Assembly: GCA_030390025.1 (NCBI GenBank)
Contig: CM059431.1
Span: forward strand, 110,672,001 to 110,736,000
DNA length: 64,000 bases
From: Squalus acanthias
Taxonomy: Eukaryota
Direction of reading: 5' to 3'
Shown here piece after piece: positions 35,710 to 49,195 of the stretch (its first letter is position 1; every line of letters starts with the position of its first letter). The position numbers were made by a program, and so were the translations under genes. The notes below the pieces were generated by a model. That model was not told the origin of the DNA. It did no database searches and saw nothing but the letters and a program-made list of their open reading frames with translations.

Positions 35710-37465
35710 GGGCTGGATTTTTCCAAGCTCGGCGGGTCCGGGGCGGGCGACGTCCGTGGCGTGTGGGGACCCCGCATCTGTCTCGATCCTGGCCTCCAAC
35801 AAGATTTTCTGTTGATGGGGCTTGTTAAGCCCGCCCTGCGAGGTTACCGGCCAGTTAATAGGAAGTGGGTCTGATGACATCATTTGACATCAGCCGGTTT
35901 CCTTAAAGGGACCATGTCCACATTCATTTTGACAGTTGTGCTGTCAGTGTTCTGCAGCATTGAGGTGCTGCAAACACTGACAAACACTGCACCAAGATTC
36001 ACGGCTGCACCCAGGCTCTCGCATTACTCCCTCTATATGCTTATGGAGGGAGTCACAGCACGCAGGGAGGTTCTCTTCCCTTCCCATGGGCGGAAGAGAC
36101 CTCCCCAGGAGACCAACGCACATTGCAGAGGAGGACACAAGCAGGGATGTTGTCAGGAGGACCAGGCTGCAATGACGCAAACCTTTCAATTATCTCAGTA
36201 GATCATGAAATGTTACTGCAAAGCCACACTCAACCTTATCCTCCTGTGCCACTCATCATATCCCCATCACTCTGCCTTCCCTACCCTACTCCTGCGCATC
36301 CTTACTCACACCAACTTACCTTGCACCTCCACCCATCCCTCTCTATCTACATTATCACTTTCCCATCTCACTAGCCACCTCTCACACTCATCCTTGGCCA
36401 ATCATTCAAACTAACAACACACAAGGGTAGGCACTTGTATACTTTAGCCGATGTTCGTGTAAAGTTTCTGTTAATGTGTTGTCAAGCTTTGAAATCTTTA
36501 TTTTTGACACTTTGCCTTCTTGGACAGATTTGTGTGTACCTTTGGAAGTGTCTTAGTGAGTTCAGGTGAATGGTGAGACATAACATTCTCCCTGCCCCCC
36601 ACAATGGTGATGAGTGTGAAAGGAATGGCTTGGACATTGTAGGGATGCTTTATGGTGCTGGTGTGGGTGGTGCCAACCTGGTGCATCATGTGGCAGCCAG
36701 GGTGTACAGTGTTAAGTGAAGTCAATCTGGACATGGTGAGGCCATTGTTGGCATTCCAGGCAGCAATGTGCATGGGTGTTGATGCCCTGTGTCCTGTGCA
36801 GCATCAGTTGATTGCGGAGAAGGTTGTTGTGGATGTTGGTGCTGCTGGTGTTGGGGCTAGATCGTGTTGGGATTCTGAGGACCAAGGTGAGATGTTTTCA
36901 AGGGCACCGATGCTGATGGAATAGATGGCAGGTGAGGTTGAGATGACAGAAGCAATCTGTCAATGGTGAGATAGGTTGTTCCACATGAGGTGACACTGGA
37001 TAGAGAGTTTGCTCCAAACATTTGCAAGCTGCATAAAGCTCAATCTGTCTTCCAGATGCAGTAAGCAACAGCTTCTAACCTTGGAAAGTGAAGAGCTATG
37101 AACTGGGAGCTTTCACAGAAGATTTGCAGCTGCCAGGTTAGTAAATAAATCATTCCATTCTGACACAACAACTGACATACTTACCTGATGTGATACCCGC
37201 TCTCCGGAAACCTCGTTAAAAACCTGGTAAAATAGTAAGTACGTGGGAAAATGGTGCTTAACTACCTTTTAACAAGCTTTTAAGTATCTAAATTGGTTGA
37301 CCCGCCGCTTGGTGCTGGGCCTGTTCAGGGATGACAGACCCGACACTTGGGAAACTGACAAGGAGGCGGGTTTACAGCAGGATACCGACCCGCTGTCAAG
37401 CTTTGTGATTTGGACAGCGTACCCGGCTCCAAACCCGCACTCTGAGCGCCGGCAAAATTCCGGCC
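35710..37465 (+). mobile_element. Decayed Harbinger-type element with Myb exon-1 remnant and transposase remnant
   Basis: TIRs GGGCTGGATTTTTCC / GGCAAAATTCCGGCC; AAG on both sides; AAPRLSHYSLYMLMEGVTARREVLFPSHGRKRPPQET matches exon 1 at 18902. Confidence 0.8.
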
Positions 37466-38663
37466 AAGGAGTTTATTGCCCAATGGGATAATTGGGTTTG
37501 ACTGAAAGCTGATAGTGGGACCCTTAACATGCATTATTGTTAGATCAGCCAGGCTGCATAATGTTTAATGTAATGCTGTCATTGTTAAAGCAACAGTATC
37601 CCCAGAACGATACACTTGCACTTTGAATACTTTCTTGAAACCTATTTCTTCCCTGGGGGAAAAAAAACAGCAAAGGAATATTTTCCCAATTTTGAATCGT
37701 ATTAAGTGAAGTGAATATAGCAGTGCGCTGCAGAAACTCTAAGCACAAGACAGACACACCATCATTCACAAAAGATAGCACCATTTATGTAGTTGCTTAA
37801 CAGTCAACATGCTCGCTGACGTAACAGGAATTGGCAGTCGATCTCTACTTACAGTTTCATTGTTTCTCTGTTTAAATCACAAGCGCATCAGAATACGATG
37901 TTCTACGGATCAGTATTCTCAGTCAGTAAAAGTCCCAAATGTCAGTACGTGGGAGCGCTATAGCTTGACGATCACATATCTGTCAACATTTCTCACTGGC
38001 AGTAGATTGCCTGCCTTTCAAAACACATGATCATATGTTTCAGTCCCAGGACTGCCTGTCACTCAAGCCCACCTGCCACAGTTGAGATTTGAGAGAAAAT
38101 GTTTCTGTTCTTTGCTGGGCTGCTTGACAGAGTCCAACGTCAAGACAAGATTCTCCATCTTGGGAAAGGGAAACAGCAAGTCTGCATTGGTACCCCTGTT
38201 GTAAATGCACTTCTCACCTCATCACAAAGCAGCTTTAAGAACGGTTTTGAACATGTCTCATTCAGACTGACCCAACCCTGTAACCTGAAGCAGCTCCTGT
38301 TCAATCATGAAAAAAAATATAGCAGCTTCAAATAATTTGATAAAAATAATAAATATCTGCAGCAAGATTGAAAGGAGCTTATTCAGAGTTTGACTGAATC
38401 TGTAAGCACCTCTGCCAGACATTTTACTGTCCAGCAAACCTCTTTTCATGTTTGCCTCAGAAACAAGAACATCGAAAAGAAAAATCCACCCCCGACCTTC
38501 CTACTTTTAATTAGTTTCTTCTTTGGTTTCGATTTCCCACTTTCCTAACTGATAGGCCGGGCATGTGAATGCTCTGTGAATTCCGCTCTGTGACCGACTG
38601 TGCAGTACTGAGGGAGTGCTGCATTGCTGGAGTTGCTGCTTTTCAGATGAGACATTAAATTAA

Positions 38664-38757
38664 TTCGTCACTTCACCTGACGAAGGAGCAGCCGCTCCGA
38701 AAGCTTGTGATTTCAAATAAAACTGTTGGACTATAACCTGGTGTTGTGCGACTTCTC
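38664..38757 (+). mobile_element. 94-bp Penelope-type insertion with 12-bp TSD
   Basis: ACATTAAATTAA at 38652-38663 and 38758-38769; hammerhead core followed by AATAAA. Confidence 0.75.
38673..38710 (+). ncRNA. Minimal type I hammerhead ribozyme motif
   Basis: Stem I TCAC/GTGA; CTGACGA; stem II GGAGC-agcc-GCTCC; GAAA; palindromic AGCT in place of stem III; predicted cleavage after T38706. Confidence 0.7.
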
Positions 38758-39036
38758 ACATTAAATTAAGGCAGTGACATGCCGAGGTGGATGTAAAAGA
38801 TCCCGTGGCCCGATGCAAAGATCTCCTGGTGTCCGAGTTAGTATTCCTCTCTCAACCAACACCACAACAAACATTATTCTGCCATTCGTTTGCTGTTTGT
38901 GGGACTTTACTCTGCACAAACCTGCTTCCGTGTTTGCCTGCATAACAGCAGTGACTAAACTTAAAGCTAATCCATTGGTGGTAAACCACTTTGGGATATC
39001 CTGAGGATGTGATAAGGTGCTTTATAAATATAAGGA

Positions 39037-39108
39037 CCTTCTGTCCTTCCTTCTGTCCTTCCTTCTGTCCTTCCTTCCTTTCTTTCTTTCTTTCACTTTC
39101 TTTCTTTC
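39037..39108 (+). repeat. Pyrimidine tandem repeat (CCTTCTGTCCTT)x3 grading into (TTTC)n
   Basis: Read directly, at the SINE tail. Confidence 0.8.
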
Positions 39109-40948
39109 ACTGGCTGCCAAGACGTGTTATTTGATCTATCCTTCTCAGCTAAGCATCGCAGTAAAATAAATTCTCTGAACGTAGCCCAGTTTAAGTTAAT
39201 ATATAACCAGTAATCCAGCAGTTCAAATGAGTATGGATCTTGTCAGTAAACTGGGCACATTGCTAACACCGTGTTGTTTTAATCAGAACTGCCCAAAGCT
39301 CCTGATTTAGTCTGTCATCGTGTCTTTATTTGAGCTTCTTTCCCAACCTCCCTTCCTCAAAGGTAGCACGTTTACTGCTGTTCTCTTTTTGGGAGCGGAA
39401 GAAAGATCACCAGCTTGCTCATTCTTTCAGGATTTGCACCAGTCAGCCCAGTAAACATTAGAACCACAAAGCAGCACAGGAAGCAGGGAAGAGAAAGGAT
39501 AGGAAAACAAAACCCGACAAGTAAGAAAACAGATAGATCCTTTTGAGGACTGCACTCTAATATCAAAATCTGAATGGCAAAATTGCAATTTTGCAGTTTA
39601 GTAACGAAATCTGGAGAGTCAAGAAATGTTTTTTTTGATTTCATACACTCTCCAGTTCCAACTTCTAATGAGTGTCGTTAAACATTTACCCAATCATTTT
39701 GCAGATTTACATCGGCAAGAGAGGGTTGTAGACTTCGAAATCTGAAAAAGTAATTGAACTGTTAAAAACAAGGCACAGATGTTTGTTTTTATTAAACACA
39801 TGGAACAATGTAGTCACTGCCTCAGCCGCTAGCGGGCTGGCTAACAAGGAAGCTTACCCTTGTGGAAGCACGCACATGATTTAGTACACAGAGTAATCTA
39901 ATTTTTGCCTAAGTTTCTTACTGATACCCGAGAGCTAAATTTGTTTTTTGAAGGACTATATATGCTTTCAGGATGTGGCATCTAACGTACACTAATCCCA
40001 GAATCCTTGGCTATGGTTACTAGAGAAACTGAGACTGAAGCTGGCTGACCCTTGAATGACTCCAGCGCATAGATTTGATAGTATTCTTGGCTCCCTGCTG
40101 AGCAACATTTCAAGCACTCTCCCTGACCTTTACTCAACAGCAACAGCACTTGTGACAAGAAAATAACTAACTACATTCAATTCTACCTGTTCACAAAAGA
40201 TTATCCCTCCTCTTTCAACACCCCCTCCCCCTGTCATTAGGCCCTGAGTCCTGCCTCCTAACAGTTACAAGGGTAGCATGTTCTGAAGCTGGGTCCTTTC
40301 AGTGTGTATTATTCAGTAGCAAGCTAGGTACTGATCATGTCAGTTCCTCTTCTCCTTCTGCAATGGAACAGTCTATACGAAAAGCACATCGTTATCATTA
40401 TAAAGATATTGGTCTACGATAATCCCTGACATTTTCACCCCTTCCTCCTCATCCCACCCCCCCACCAATAGACGTAGCATTTAAGAAAGTAAAATTGAAG
40501 TCTTGCATACAGCTGGTGTGAAGAACATTGAATATAATTCTCATCTGTTTGCAAGTCATGTGAGACTGCCACGTTATTGAACATCTCTTTGGATCTCACT
40601 TTCCGTCATTCTAATTTAGTGAGCCTAAGCTGTTTCAATTTGATTCAGCTGTATGGCAAGAATTCTCCACCACCCTGTATCACAACTAGAGCACTGCCAT
40701 ATGGACTCCCGCCCCTGGTTGGAGGAGAGGCCTTCACGTGTTTCTTACCAAAGATACTTTCCTTGTTTGGTGAGTCGCAAGCTGCAGTGTGTGTGTGCCA
40801 GGCTTTTTTTCTACACCAATTGCAGCGTAAGATTGATCTTCATTTCAAACGGTGCAGGGAAGCGCAGCCACCTTCTTTGCTCAATTTTCTTAACAACTTG
40901 CTGGAAAAGAATCAGAGGAGTTGGGCCTCAATTTCCTTCTGACGATTT

Positions 40949-41228
40949 TAGAGGTTGCCAACCCTCCAGGATGGCCCTGGCATCTCTGGGAATGAAAGGT
41001 CAACCTCCTGGGCACTGCTGCCAGCAAAAACCAGGGAGAAAAATCTTAGGAGCATTCAATAAAAAAAAAATGTGTTTGTCCTTTTTCATTTCTTTGAACA
41101 CTTTCCTTTACTAGTTGTAACAGTATCGCAGATGGGGGATAAAAAAGGCTGTTTAGTGGGGCGGATGGAGGCAGGAGGTCATGCGATGAAACATCCAGGA
41201 ATACGCCCAAGCAGAGCTGGCAACCGTA
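40949..41228. mobile_element. hAT-like MITE
   Basis: Ends tagaggttgcca / tggcaaccgta; an inverted homolog is split at 56299-56365 and 60231-60435; no clear TSD. Confidence 0.55.
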
Positions 41229-41529
41229 TCGGATGTGCAAATGCAGATGTGTTGCATTTCAACATGATTTGCACGGTGTAGCCGCAAAATCTGAAAGAAG
41301 GCTTTGCTCAACACATTCTCTTTTAAAAAAAAAGTTTCCCCCTATTTTTTTCCCCTCCTGAAGGCGGGGACACATACAAGGTTTCATGGGTAGTAGCAGC
41401 CTGTAAGTACCTCATCCAAGTGCCCATTCTGCACGTGTGGACTTAGAGAATGAGCACCGGCAGACTATTCATCATTAGGGTGCATTGTACTCCAGTCTGG
41501 CCTTGTTCTTGCCCAACACCCACACATAC

Positions 41530-42348
41530 CTGGATGACGTTCAGGCTTGAGCTGATAAGTGGCAAGTAACATTCGCGCCATACAAGTGCCAGGCAATGAC
41601 TATCTCCAACAAGCGAGAGTCTAACCACCGCCCCTTGGCATTCAACAGCATTACCATCGCCGAATCCCCCACCATCAACATCCTGGGGGTCACCATTGAC
41701 CAGAAACTTAACTGGACCAGCCACATATTACTGTGGCTACAAGAGCAGGTTAGAGGCTGGGTATTCTGCAGCGAGCGTCTCACCTCCTGACTCCCCAAAG
41801 ACTTTCCACCATCTACAAGGCACAAGTAAGGAGTGTGATGGAATACTCTCCACTTGCCTGGATGAGGCAGCACCAACAACACTCAAGAAGCTCGACACCA
41901 TCCAAGACAAAGCAGCCCGCTTGATTGGCACCCCATCTCCCAACTTAACCATTCACTCCCTCCACCACCGGCGTACCGTGGCTGCAGTGTGTACCATCTA
42001 CAAGATGCACTGCAGCAACTCGCCAAGGCTTCTTCGGCAGCACCTCCCAAACCCGCGACCTCTTCCACCTAGAAGGACAAGGGCATCAGGCGCATGGGAG
42101 CACCACCACCTCCAAGTTTCCCTCCAAGTCACACACAATCCTGACTTGGAATTTTATCGCCATTCCTTCATCATCGCTGGGTGAAAATCCTGGAACTCCC
42201 TCCCTAACAGCACTGTGGGAGTACCTTCACCACACGGACTGCAGCAGTTCAAGAAGGCGGCTCACCACCACCTTCTCAAGGGCAATTAGGGATGGACAAT
42301 AAATGCTGGTCTTGCCAGCGACGCCCACATCCCATAAACAAATTAAAA
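41530..42348 (+). mobile_element. 5'-truncated LINE of a second CR1-group family, inserted in an old family-C SINE
   Basis: ADKWQVTFAP.KCQAMTIS...ILGVTIDQKLNWTSHI...SLHHRRTVAAVCTIYKMH with frameshifts; tail gggcaattagggatggacaataaatgc. Confidence 0.8.
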
Positions 42349-43419
42349 AAACACACACACACGTGCCATCGAGCATAGGTTACCTGAAAGTGACCGGGAG
42401 CAGAAATCCTGACTGATTCTTTCCCCTCCCTAACCTGGTGACACTGAGGCAGCTGATTGGTGACTCGATTTCAGCGGGGGGTGGGGGGTAGAAGTGGGGC
42501 ACGATCAGGAATCAAACCTGGAGGGCACTGGTCTTTAGGTCTCAACTCCATGCTGGGCAATGCTTTCTGCCCCCAATTACTTTTTCAGGGCCATTTCATT
42601 TTGAACTGCCATAGTAGAACACAACAGCAGAAGAGTGGACAGCTCTAAAGATTGGTTTTCTTTGTCTTGACAACAATTTCCCGAGCTCATTGTGTTCTCA
42701 CAACCATAGCGTGGGTGATCAAAATTCCAGGTGGCAGAAGAAATGATGCTAACGATGCAAGCGTCTTAAATGTAATTTGCATGAAATTAGCATATAAATG
42801 AGGTGCATGACAGTGTTAAATCACAAAGGGATTAAACATAACAAAATTAAATTTTTATGCACATAAGGTACAGCATAGCACAAAATTACTCATACGCAGT
42901 TTGAGAATCAACCCTGCACTGGTTTCTGGTACCTTTATGCATCGTCAATCCCTTCCAAGAATGCAAGATAGGAATGAAAGTCATTCATCCTATCTAGTTT
43001 ATCTTGTTGCTTAGGGCCCTTGCAGAATGAGCTCTGATTTTACATTTCCAAATAACCATGTACTAAAATATGTAACTCACGTAGAATGCATTCAAGCTAA
43101 AAAAAAAATTCTCACATTTTTATACAATCTTTCTTGATCAAATATGTTTTCCATTATTATACATAATCTGTGTCAACTTCAATATAGTTTGTGGCTGTCA
43201 GCCTGTTGAGGTGTTGCAACACATTGACAAACATGTTTGCAAAGAATTCATTTCTCTAATTGTAAAGCATTGTAATGTGCGGGCATACTAAGAAGCAAGA
43301 GATGTAACAGATCCCTCGTGATGAGTTACTGATCTTGCCAGGCCAGTCAGGGTAAGTTCTCAGCAGAGGCCAGCGCTGATACTTCCTTAGAGGGGAAGTG
43401 AGAACCAACATCACCACCA

Positions 43420-43805
43420 TAAACAACAACTTGCGTGTATATATCATCTTCAACCTAGTAAAACGTCCCAAGGCACTTCACAGAGCGATATCAACTAAAA
43501 TTTGACACCGTGCCACATAAGGAGATATTAGGGCAGATGACTAAAAGCTTGGTCAAAGAGGTAGGTTTTAAGGAGTGTCTTAAAGGAGGAGGAGAGGTTT
43601 GGGGAGGGAATTCTGGAGCTGAGGGCCTCGGCAGCTGAAAGCATGGTCACCAATGGTGGAGCGATTAAAACTGGGGATGCGCAAGAAGCCTGAATTGGAC
43701 CAGCGCAGAGATCTCGGAGGGTTGTAGGGCTGGAGGAGGTTACAGAGATAGGGAGGGGTGAGGCCAAGGAGGGATTTGAAAACAAGGATGAGAATTTTAA
43801 AATCT
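43420..43805 (-). mobile_element. L2-clade LINE 3' fragment
   Basis: DFKILILVFKSLLGLTPPYLCNLLQPYNPPRSLR. Confidence 0.8.
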
Positions 43806-45116
43806 GAGCAATTGGTTACACGGTGCCCTTCAGAGGCCAGAGCGCAAGTAACCAGCTGATACATTTTCTAGGCTTGCCTTGTACCATTCTATGATTGCAC
43901 CACAGCAAAGTGGAAGTCCTCCGTTCTTTACATTGTATGAAATTTATTGAACTTACAATATGGTAAACAAGTCCAATTGACAAACTTAAAACAAAAAGGA
44001 ACCCGCACTGACTTGGATTGCAAAGATTTGGAAAATCGGAATGGGCGGGAAGTTGGCCATTTGGATTTAAATGAGGCCTGGGAGTTAAAATAGCCCAGGC
44101 CTCATTTCTACAGCAGCGGGTGAGTTTCCAACTTGCTTCACTATTCAGCTACCCAAAAACCTTCCCAGAGTTAAAATCGAGTCCCTGGCTACTGCACAGG
44201 ATAATGCTGTGTGAACAGCAAATCAAATTTCTAAAAACAAGTTTTAATGATTTCATGACTTTCTAACATTTTTGGTAATAAAATTTTGTCGCAACACTAA
44301 ACACATGCATCAATTGATGTATAATTTCCAGTAGGTTATTTTTGGTTCTATATAGTCCAAGCTACTCCAGAAAATGATATAAGGACTACTTCCGAAAATG
44401 AGCAGTTCACTGAAGATATAAAGAAGGACCTGATACACAGTTGAGGGTGGTGTACCTTTGTTGTATCACAGGGATTTGTTTGTTCAATGTAATTTGTTTG
44501 TGCTCTGTCACCATTTAATGTCTTTAAGACTTGGAGCGGTCTCAGAATTTCCTCTCTAAGGTTTCATTTTTGGCACAAGATTCAAAAGACTAACCTTTTT
44601 TGCCCTTGTTTGACCAAGAGGTTTGCAAGCACGAGACACACCGGAGAATGCTGTCTCACTCATGTTACCCATACAGAGAGAAAACAAGGGTTTCTAGTGT
44701 GTGTGGCCTGTGGATGCTCACATGTAGTATCTATTCATTTCCAGTTATTTGGTATCTAGTTGGGGAGTTTTTGGTTTCCCACCAGTCAATTGGCCACTTT
44801 CAATGTACGTCATGACTGTGACTGTTAAGGTGTTTTTGGGGTATCGTGGAAACTCTTATCTACTGTAAGCCAAGTAACCCGCTGGTCCCGGTGGAGCATA
44901 GTTGCGGACAGCTACGACTCTGGTATTCAGTTCGTGCCATTTGATATAAATTCAGCATAAAAAAAAGCACAATTGCAAAATACTTCTCCAGATTGAAGAA
45001 AAGCTCATCAGTTTCACAGCTCACTTGCAAAAGTAGTCCCGTGAAAAGTTCATTGGTTTTCTTTGAAAACAATACAGAACTGGAAGACAAAGTTGAATTT
45101 TCATTCTATGTAACGA

Positions 45117-45538
45117 AAGAAAGAAAAGAAAGACTTGCATTTATACAGCGCCTTTCATGACCACCGGACGTCTCAAAGCGCTTTACAGCCAATGAAGTGC
45201 CTCTATGAAGTGTAGTCGCTGTTGCAATGTAAGAAATGCAGCAGCCAATTTGCACACAGCAAGCTCCCACAAACAGCACTCCGATAATGACCAGATAATC
45301 TGTTTTAGTGATGTTGATTGAGGGATAAATATTGGCCAGGACACTGGGGATAACTCCCCTGCTCTTCTTTGAAAATAGTGGCCCTGGAATCTTTTACGTC
45401 CACCTGAGAGAGTAGACGGGTCCTCGGTTTAACGTCTCATCCGAAAGGTGGCACCTCTGACAGTGCAGCACTCCCTCAGCACAGCACTGGCAGTGTTAGC
45501 CTAGATTTTTGTGCTCAAGTCTCTGGAGTGGAACTTGA
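45117..45538 (-). mobile_element. SacSINE1-like SINE, near full length
   Basis: Colinear with 13165-13622. Confidence 0.85.
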
Positions 45539-46411
45539 TAAAATTGCTAGATAAACTGAAAGGAATATTGTGGCTGAGTTTTTTCCCCCAGCAGATAACC
45601 CCATCATGCTAGCCAAATAGGAAAGTTTACAATAGCAGATGCTGTTATCTAATGCAGTGAAAACGTCTGCCTGTTTAATGCCACTGTGGTTAATCCAATA
45701 ACGAAGTACCCCTTGATATCTGATGTATTATCAACACAAATGATATGTCCTTTTCTTCGTAAAGATTACTTACTCACTTAGTGGCTTTCTTTGCTCAGTA
45801 TTAATACAAAACAAGATTATTAAACTTCTGTAAAACAAGACTATTATTTCCTACGAAGGACCTCTCTATGTCAGTTGACCCCAGTATAACCCTGGGCTAG
45901 CGTCATGACGCCCTCTATTCTTGTCATGTGATGCACCAACACTCAGCAAACCTCCGCGGCTATAACAGCTCTCTCTTCATGAGGTCATCCAAAATCCTTG
46001 CATCTGCTGTAGCCTTGTAATACATCCCCAGCCTCTATACTGAATGGTTTTTGTACTGAATTTGCATTCTTCTCACATTGCTGTGGAAGAAAAACAAAGC
46101 TTAGAATACAATGCATTTACCATATGACGTCTATGTCCGATGAGGTCGGTTTATTCCTGTGTGAGCTACCACATAACTAAGCTCCGTGCGCCTTATACAT
46201 TAGAGTCTTATCGTTTTACAAATCTGTATCCCTGGTATCAAGCTGCGCCCGCCCAGTGGGTAAATTCGCAAAATTAGCTCTATGTACTACACCTAATAAC
46301 TGGCCGTGGAAATGCTTTGAAAAGAAGTTGGTGGCAGTTGTGCTTGGAGATAGTGAAGTGTTTTTTTAAATTTCTTCCTGGAAAATAAATAAATAATTTC
46401 CCTTAACCACT

Positions 46412-46502
46412 TCAACAACAACTTGAATTTATATAGCGCCTTTAACGTAGTAAACCGTCCCAAGGCACTGCACAGGAGTGTTATAGGACAAAAAATTTGA
46501 CA
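46412..46502 (-). mobile_element. L2 3' tail
   Basis: caacaacaacttgaatttatatagcgcctttaacgtagtaaa. Confidence 0.65.
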
Positions 46503-46769
46503 TTTCAGGTCGATAAATAAGTTTTGTTCCCTTCACGCATCATCTATGATATATTAGCAATTGGAAATTCCACTGGGATTCTCCCAGCCTCCAGTGGGAC
46601 ACTGGCGCAACCTCTGCAGAAGTGGCAAAAATGCCAGTTTTCAGCCATTGATGTCACTTCTCTGGGGTGGTGGGGGCCTGCTGAGCTCCGGCTGAAGTTC
46701 CAGAGGGAGATCGGGTGACTCCCGCAGAATCCCAGCTTACTGTCAATTTTTTTCATTATAAATCCCTAT

Positions 46770-47065
46770 GTCCACCTCTACCACCTAGAAGGACAAGGGC
46801 AGCAGGCGCATGGGAACACCACCACCTCCAAGTTCCCCTCCAAGTCACACACCATCCTGATTTAGAAGTATATTGCCGTTCCTTCATCGTCGCTGGCTCA
46901 AAATCCTGGAACTCCCTCCCTAACAGCACTGTGGGAGTACCTTCACCACACGGACTGCAGCGGTTCAAGAAGGCGGCTCACCAGCATCTTCTCAAGGGCA
47001 ATTAGGGATGGGCAATAAATGCTGGCCTTGCCAGCGACGCCCAGATCCCATAAACGAATAAAAAA
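46770..47065 (+). mobile_element. Second LINE family 3' fragment
   Basis: PLPPRRTRAAGAWEHHHLQVPLQVTHHPDLE..SWNSLP plus tail. Confidence 0.8.
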
Positions 47066-47794
47066 GAATGGAAGCTGCCTATGCCAACTTGTTGCACTGC
47101 AATTACATTGACCTTCTAGTGGATGCACTGTGGCACCCCCGCTGGTGGGAGGAATGAATTACAACATGACAAGTTTACATAGGTAGTTACTATTATAAAT
47201 GCAGATGTGGGAATTTATAAAAGGAATATAAAAAATAAGGACAGAATGTTTGATTTTCTAATTGGGTACTGAATTACGTCTGCATGTCCTGGTGCAATTA
47301 TCCTTCACCCTCCAACCCAACTTCACCTGCAGACAACACTTGGTCTTGACTCCCCATCTGTAAAGCTAATAGTTACATAAGTGTGTGCATGGAATATGGG
47401 GAGAAGGGCAATCAGTGGTAAGAAAGGTGGCTCAGGAAGAAAACAGCAGCTCAGAGTCACGTTACAGCCTCATTCTTTTGTTGAGTAAAGTGTTTTATTT
47501 AATGGGGGCAAAGTGTTCAACTGCTGATCAGATTTAGAAAGAATGCAAGGAGGCCCGTGGGCCTGCGCGTTAGAAGTAAACCAGAGTAGTATTCATGAAG
47601 AATGTGAGGAGAGTGACTGAGATAGTGGGAAGAATCTATCTCTAGAACAGTAAATATACAAATACTGTAATATATAGTTCAATACACTTTTCTTGTCAAA
47701 ATTACCTCAGATAATGTTCAAAAGCTGATCATTAATTTGGTTTTGTACAAAACTTCATAGTTACCACCAGAATAATGGCTTCCTTGCTGTTTTC

Positions 47795-48178
47795 CTTGTT
47801 TTTGAAACCCTCCATAGCCTCGCCCCTCCCTATCTCTGGAGTCTCCTCCAGCCCTCTGAATCTCTGCACTCCTCGAATTCTGGCCTCTTGCGGCATCCCT
47901 GATCTTAACCGCTCCACCATTGGCACCCCTGCCTTCTGTTGCCGAGGCCCTAAGCTCTCGAATTCCATCCCGAAACCTCTCCGCCTCTCTACCTCTCTTT
48001 CCTCCTTTAAGACGCTCCTTAAAACCTACCTCTTTGGCCAAGCATTTGGTCATCTATTCCAATACCTCCTTATGAGGCTCGGTGTCAAATTTTAATTGAT
48101 AATTATCCTGAGAAGTGCCTTGGGACGTTTTTACTATGTTAAAGGTGCTATATAAATGTACGTTGCTGTTGTTGTTGT
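47795..48178 (+). mobile_element. L2-clade LINE 3' fragment
   Basis: RSTIGTPAFCCRGPKLSNSIPKPLRLSTSLSSFKTLLKTYLF; (GTT)n tail. Confidence 0.8.
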
Positions 48179-49195
48179 ATCCTGTCAGTACTTTATCATT
48201 GCCAGACATTAAAGGGTAGGTTAATCATTAAAAATAAAACTAGTTCAGTTACAGACATCGCAGCTTCAGAATATGATGTTCATTAGACCTGGAAGGGAAA
48301 TAGCCTTAAGTTGCTTGCTGGAAATCATTGTGCACTTTGAGTGTTATAGGTATTATCTGGTTTTATAATCTACTACCTATTTGAGTCTCCAGTTTAGCTG
48401 ACAGACTGATAGCCCTGGGGAGCCTTTTGAACTCAAACCTCAGGTATCTTGGAGAGGGACAGGTATCCAACAAAAAAGCATTGTTAGAGACATTTTAACC
48501 ACAAGAGGTAGTTGTACAGATACTGTTAATCATTTTGTTGTGAGTTTTGTAATGTTATGTATTTATTATGTCAGAAACCTTGCTTTTCAGTATTATGTCC
48601 TCAGCTTAGTGAGAGCAAGAAGGTGGCTGAAAGGATTGTCAATAAGCAATTGAAGAGATTTAATTGGTTCCACTTCTGCTCCTTACGATTGGTATGTGTT
48701 CATTGGCTGTCCATTGTTGATTGGTAGTTCTTGTTCCCACTTTTGGTTTATATGTTTAGTTGTGATTTGTTGCTGTTTTATGAATAAGAAATTTGAACCA
48801 ATCAGGTACAAATTTTGCATATCAAGTGTGATGCCTGAAGTTTACACAGGGGTGCACTAGATGCAAGATAAATACACACAAACAGTAGACAGAGAACTAG
48901 TCGCTTCTTTAGTCTGGTCTGAGTGTAGTACCCACATTTCCAACAGAGTTTGGTAGCATAGTATGAGACTATAGTAAACTCAGTCAGCAGATTACTGCAA
49001 GACAAGGCAATTTGTAAATGTTCAGTACACACCTGTATTAGGGTAAGATTATTGGAAAGGTACAGCTTTTATGTCCGAGATGGCAAGGTTTATAAGAAAC
49101 ACTAGTAAACCATTAAGTGAGAAGATGCTCCAATTAACGCTGATATTCATATTATGTGGCCACCACAGAACCAGTTGGTTTATTACATTCAATTA

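Larger units (their letters stand above)
38575..39035 (+). mobile_element. Old SacSINE1-like copy hosting a Penelope-type insertion
   Basis: gtgcagtactgagggagtgctgca core and degenerate tail. Confidence 0.7.

Noticed and set aside
38219..38456. Minus-strand segment bounded by AG and GTGAGA
   Set aside because: Unusual GAG acceptor, no homology recognised; such sites are expected by chance
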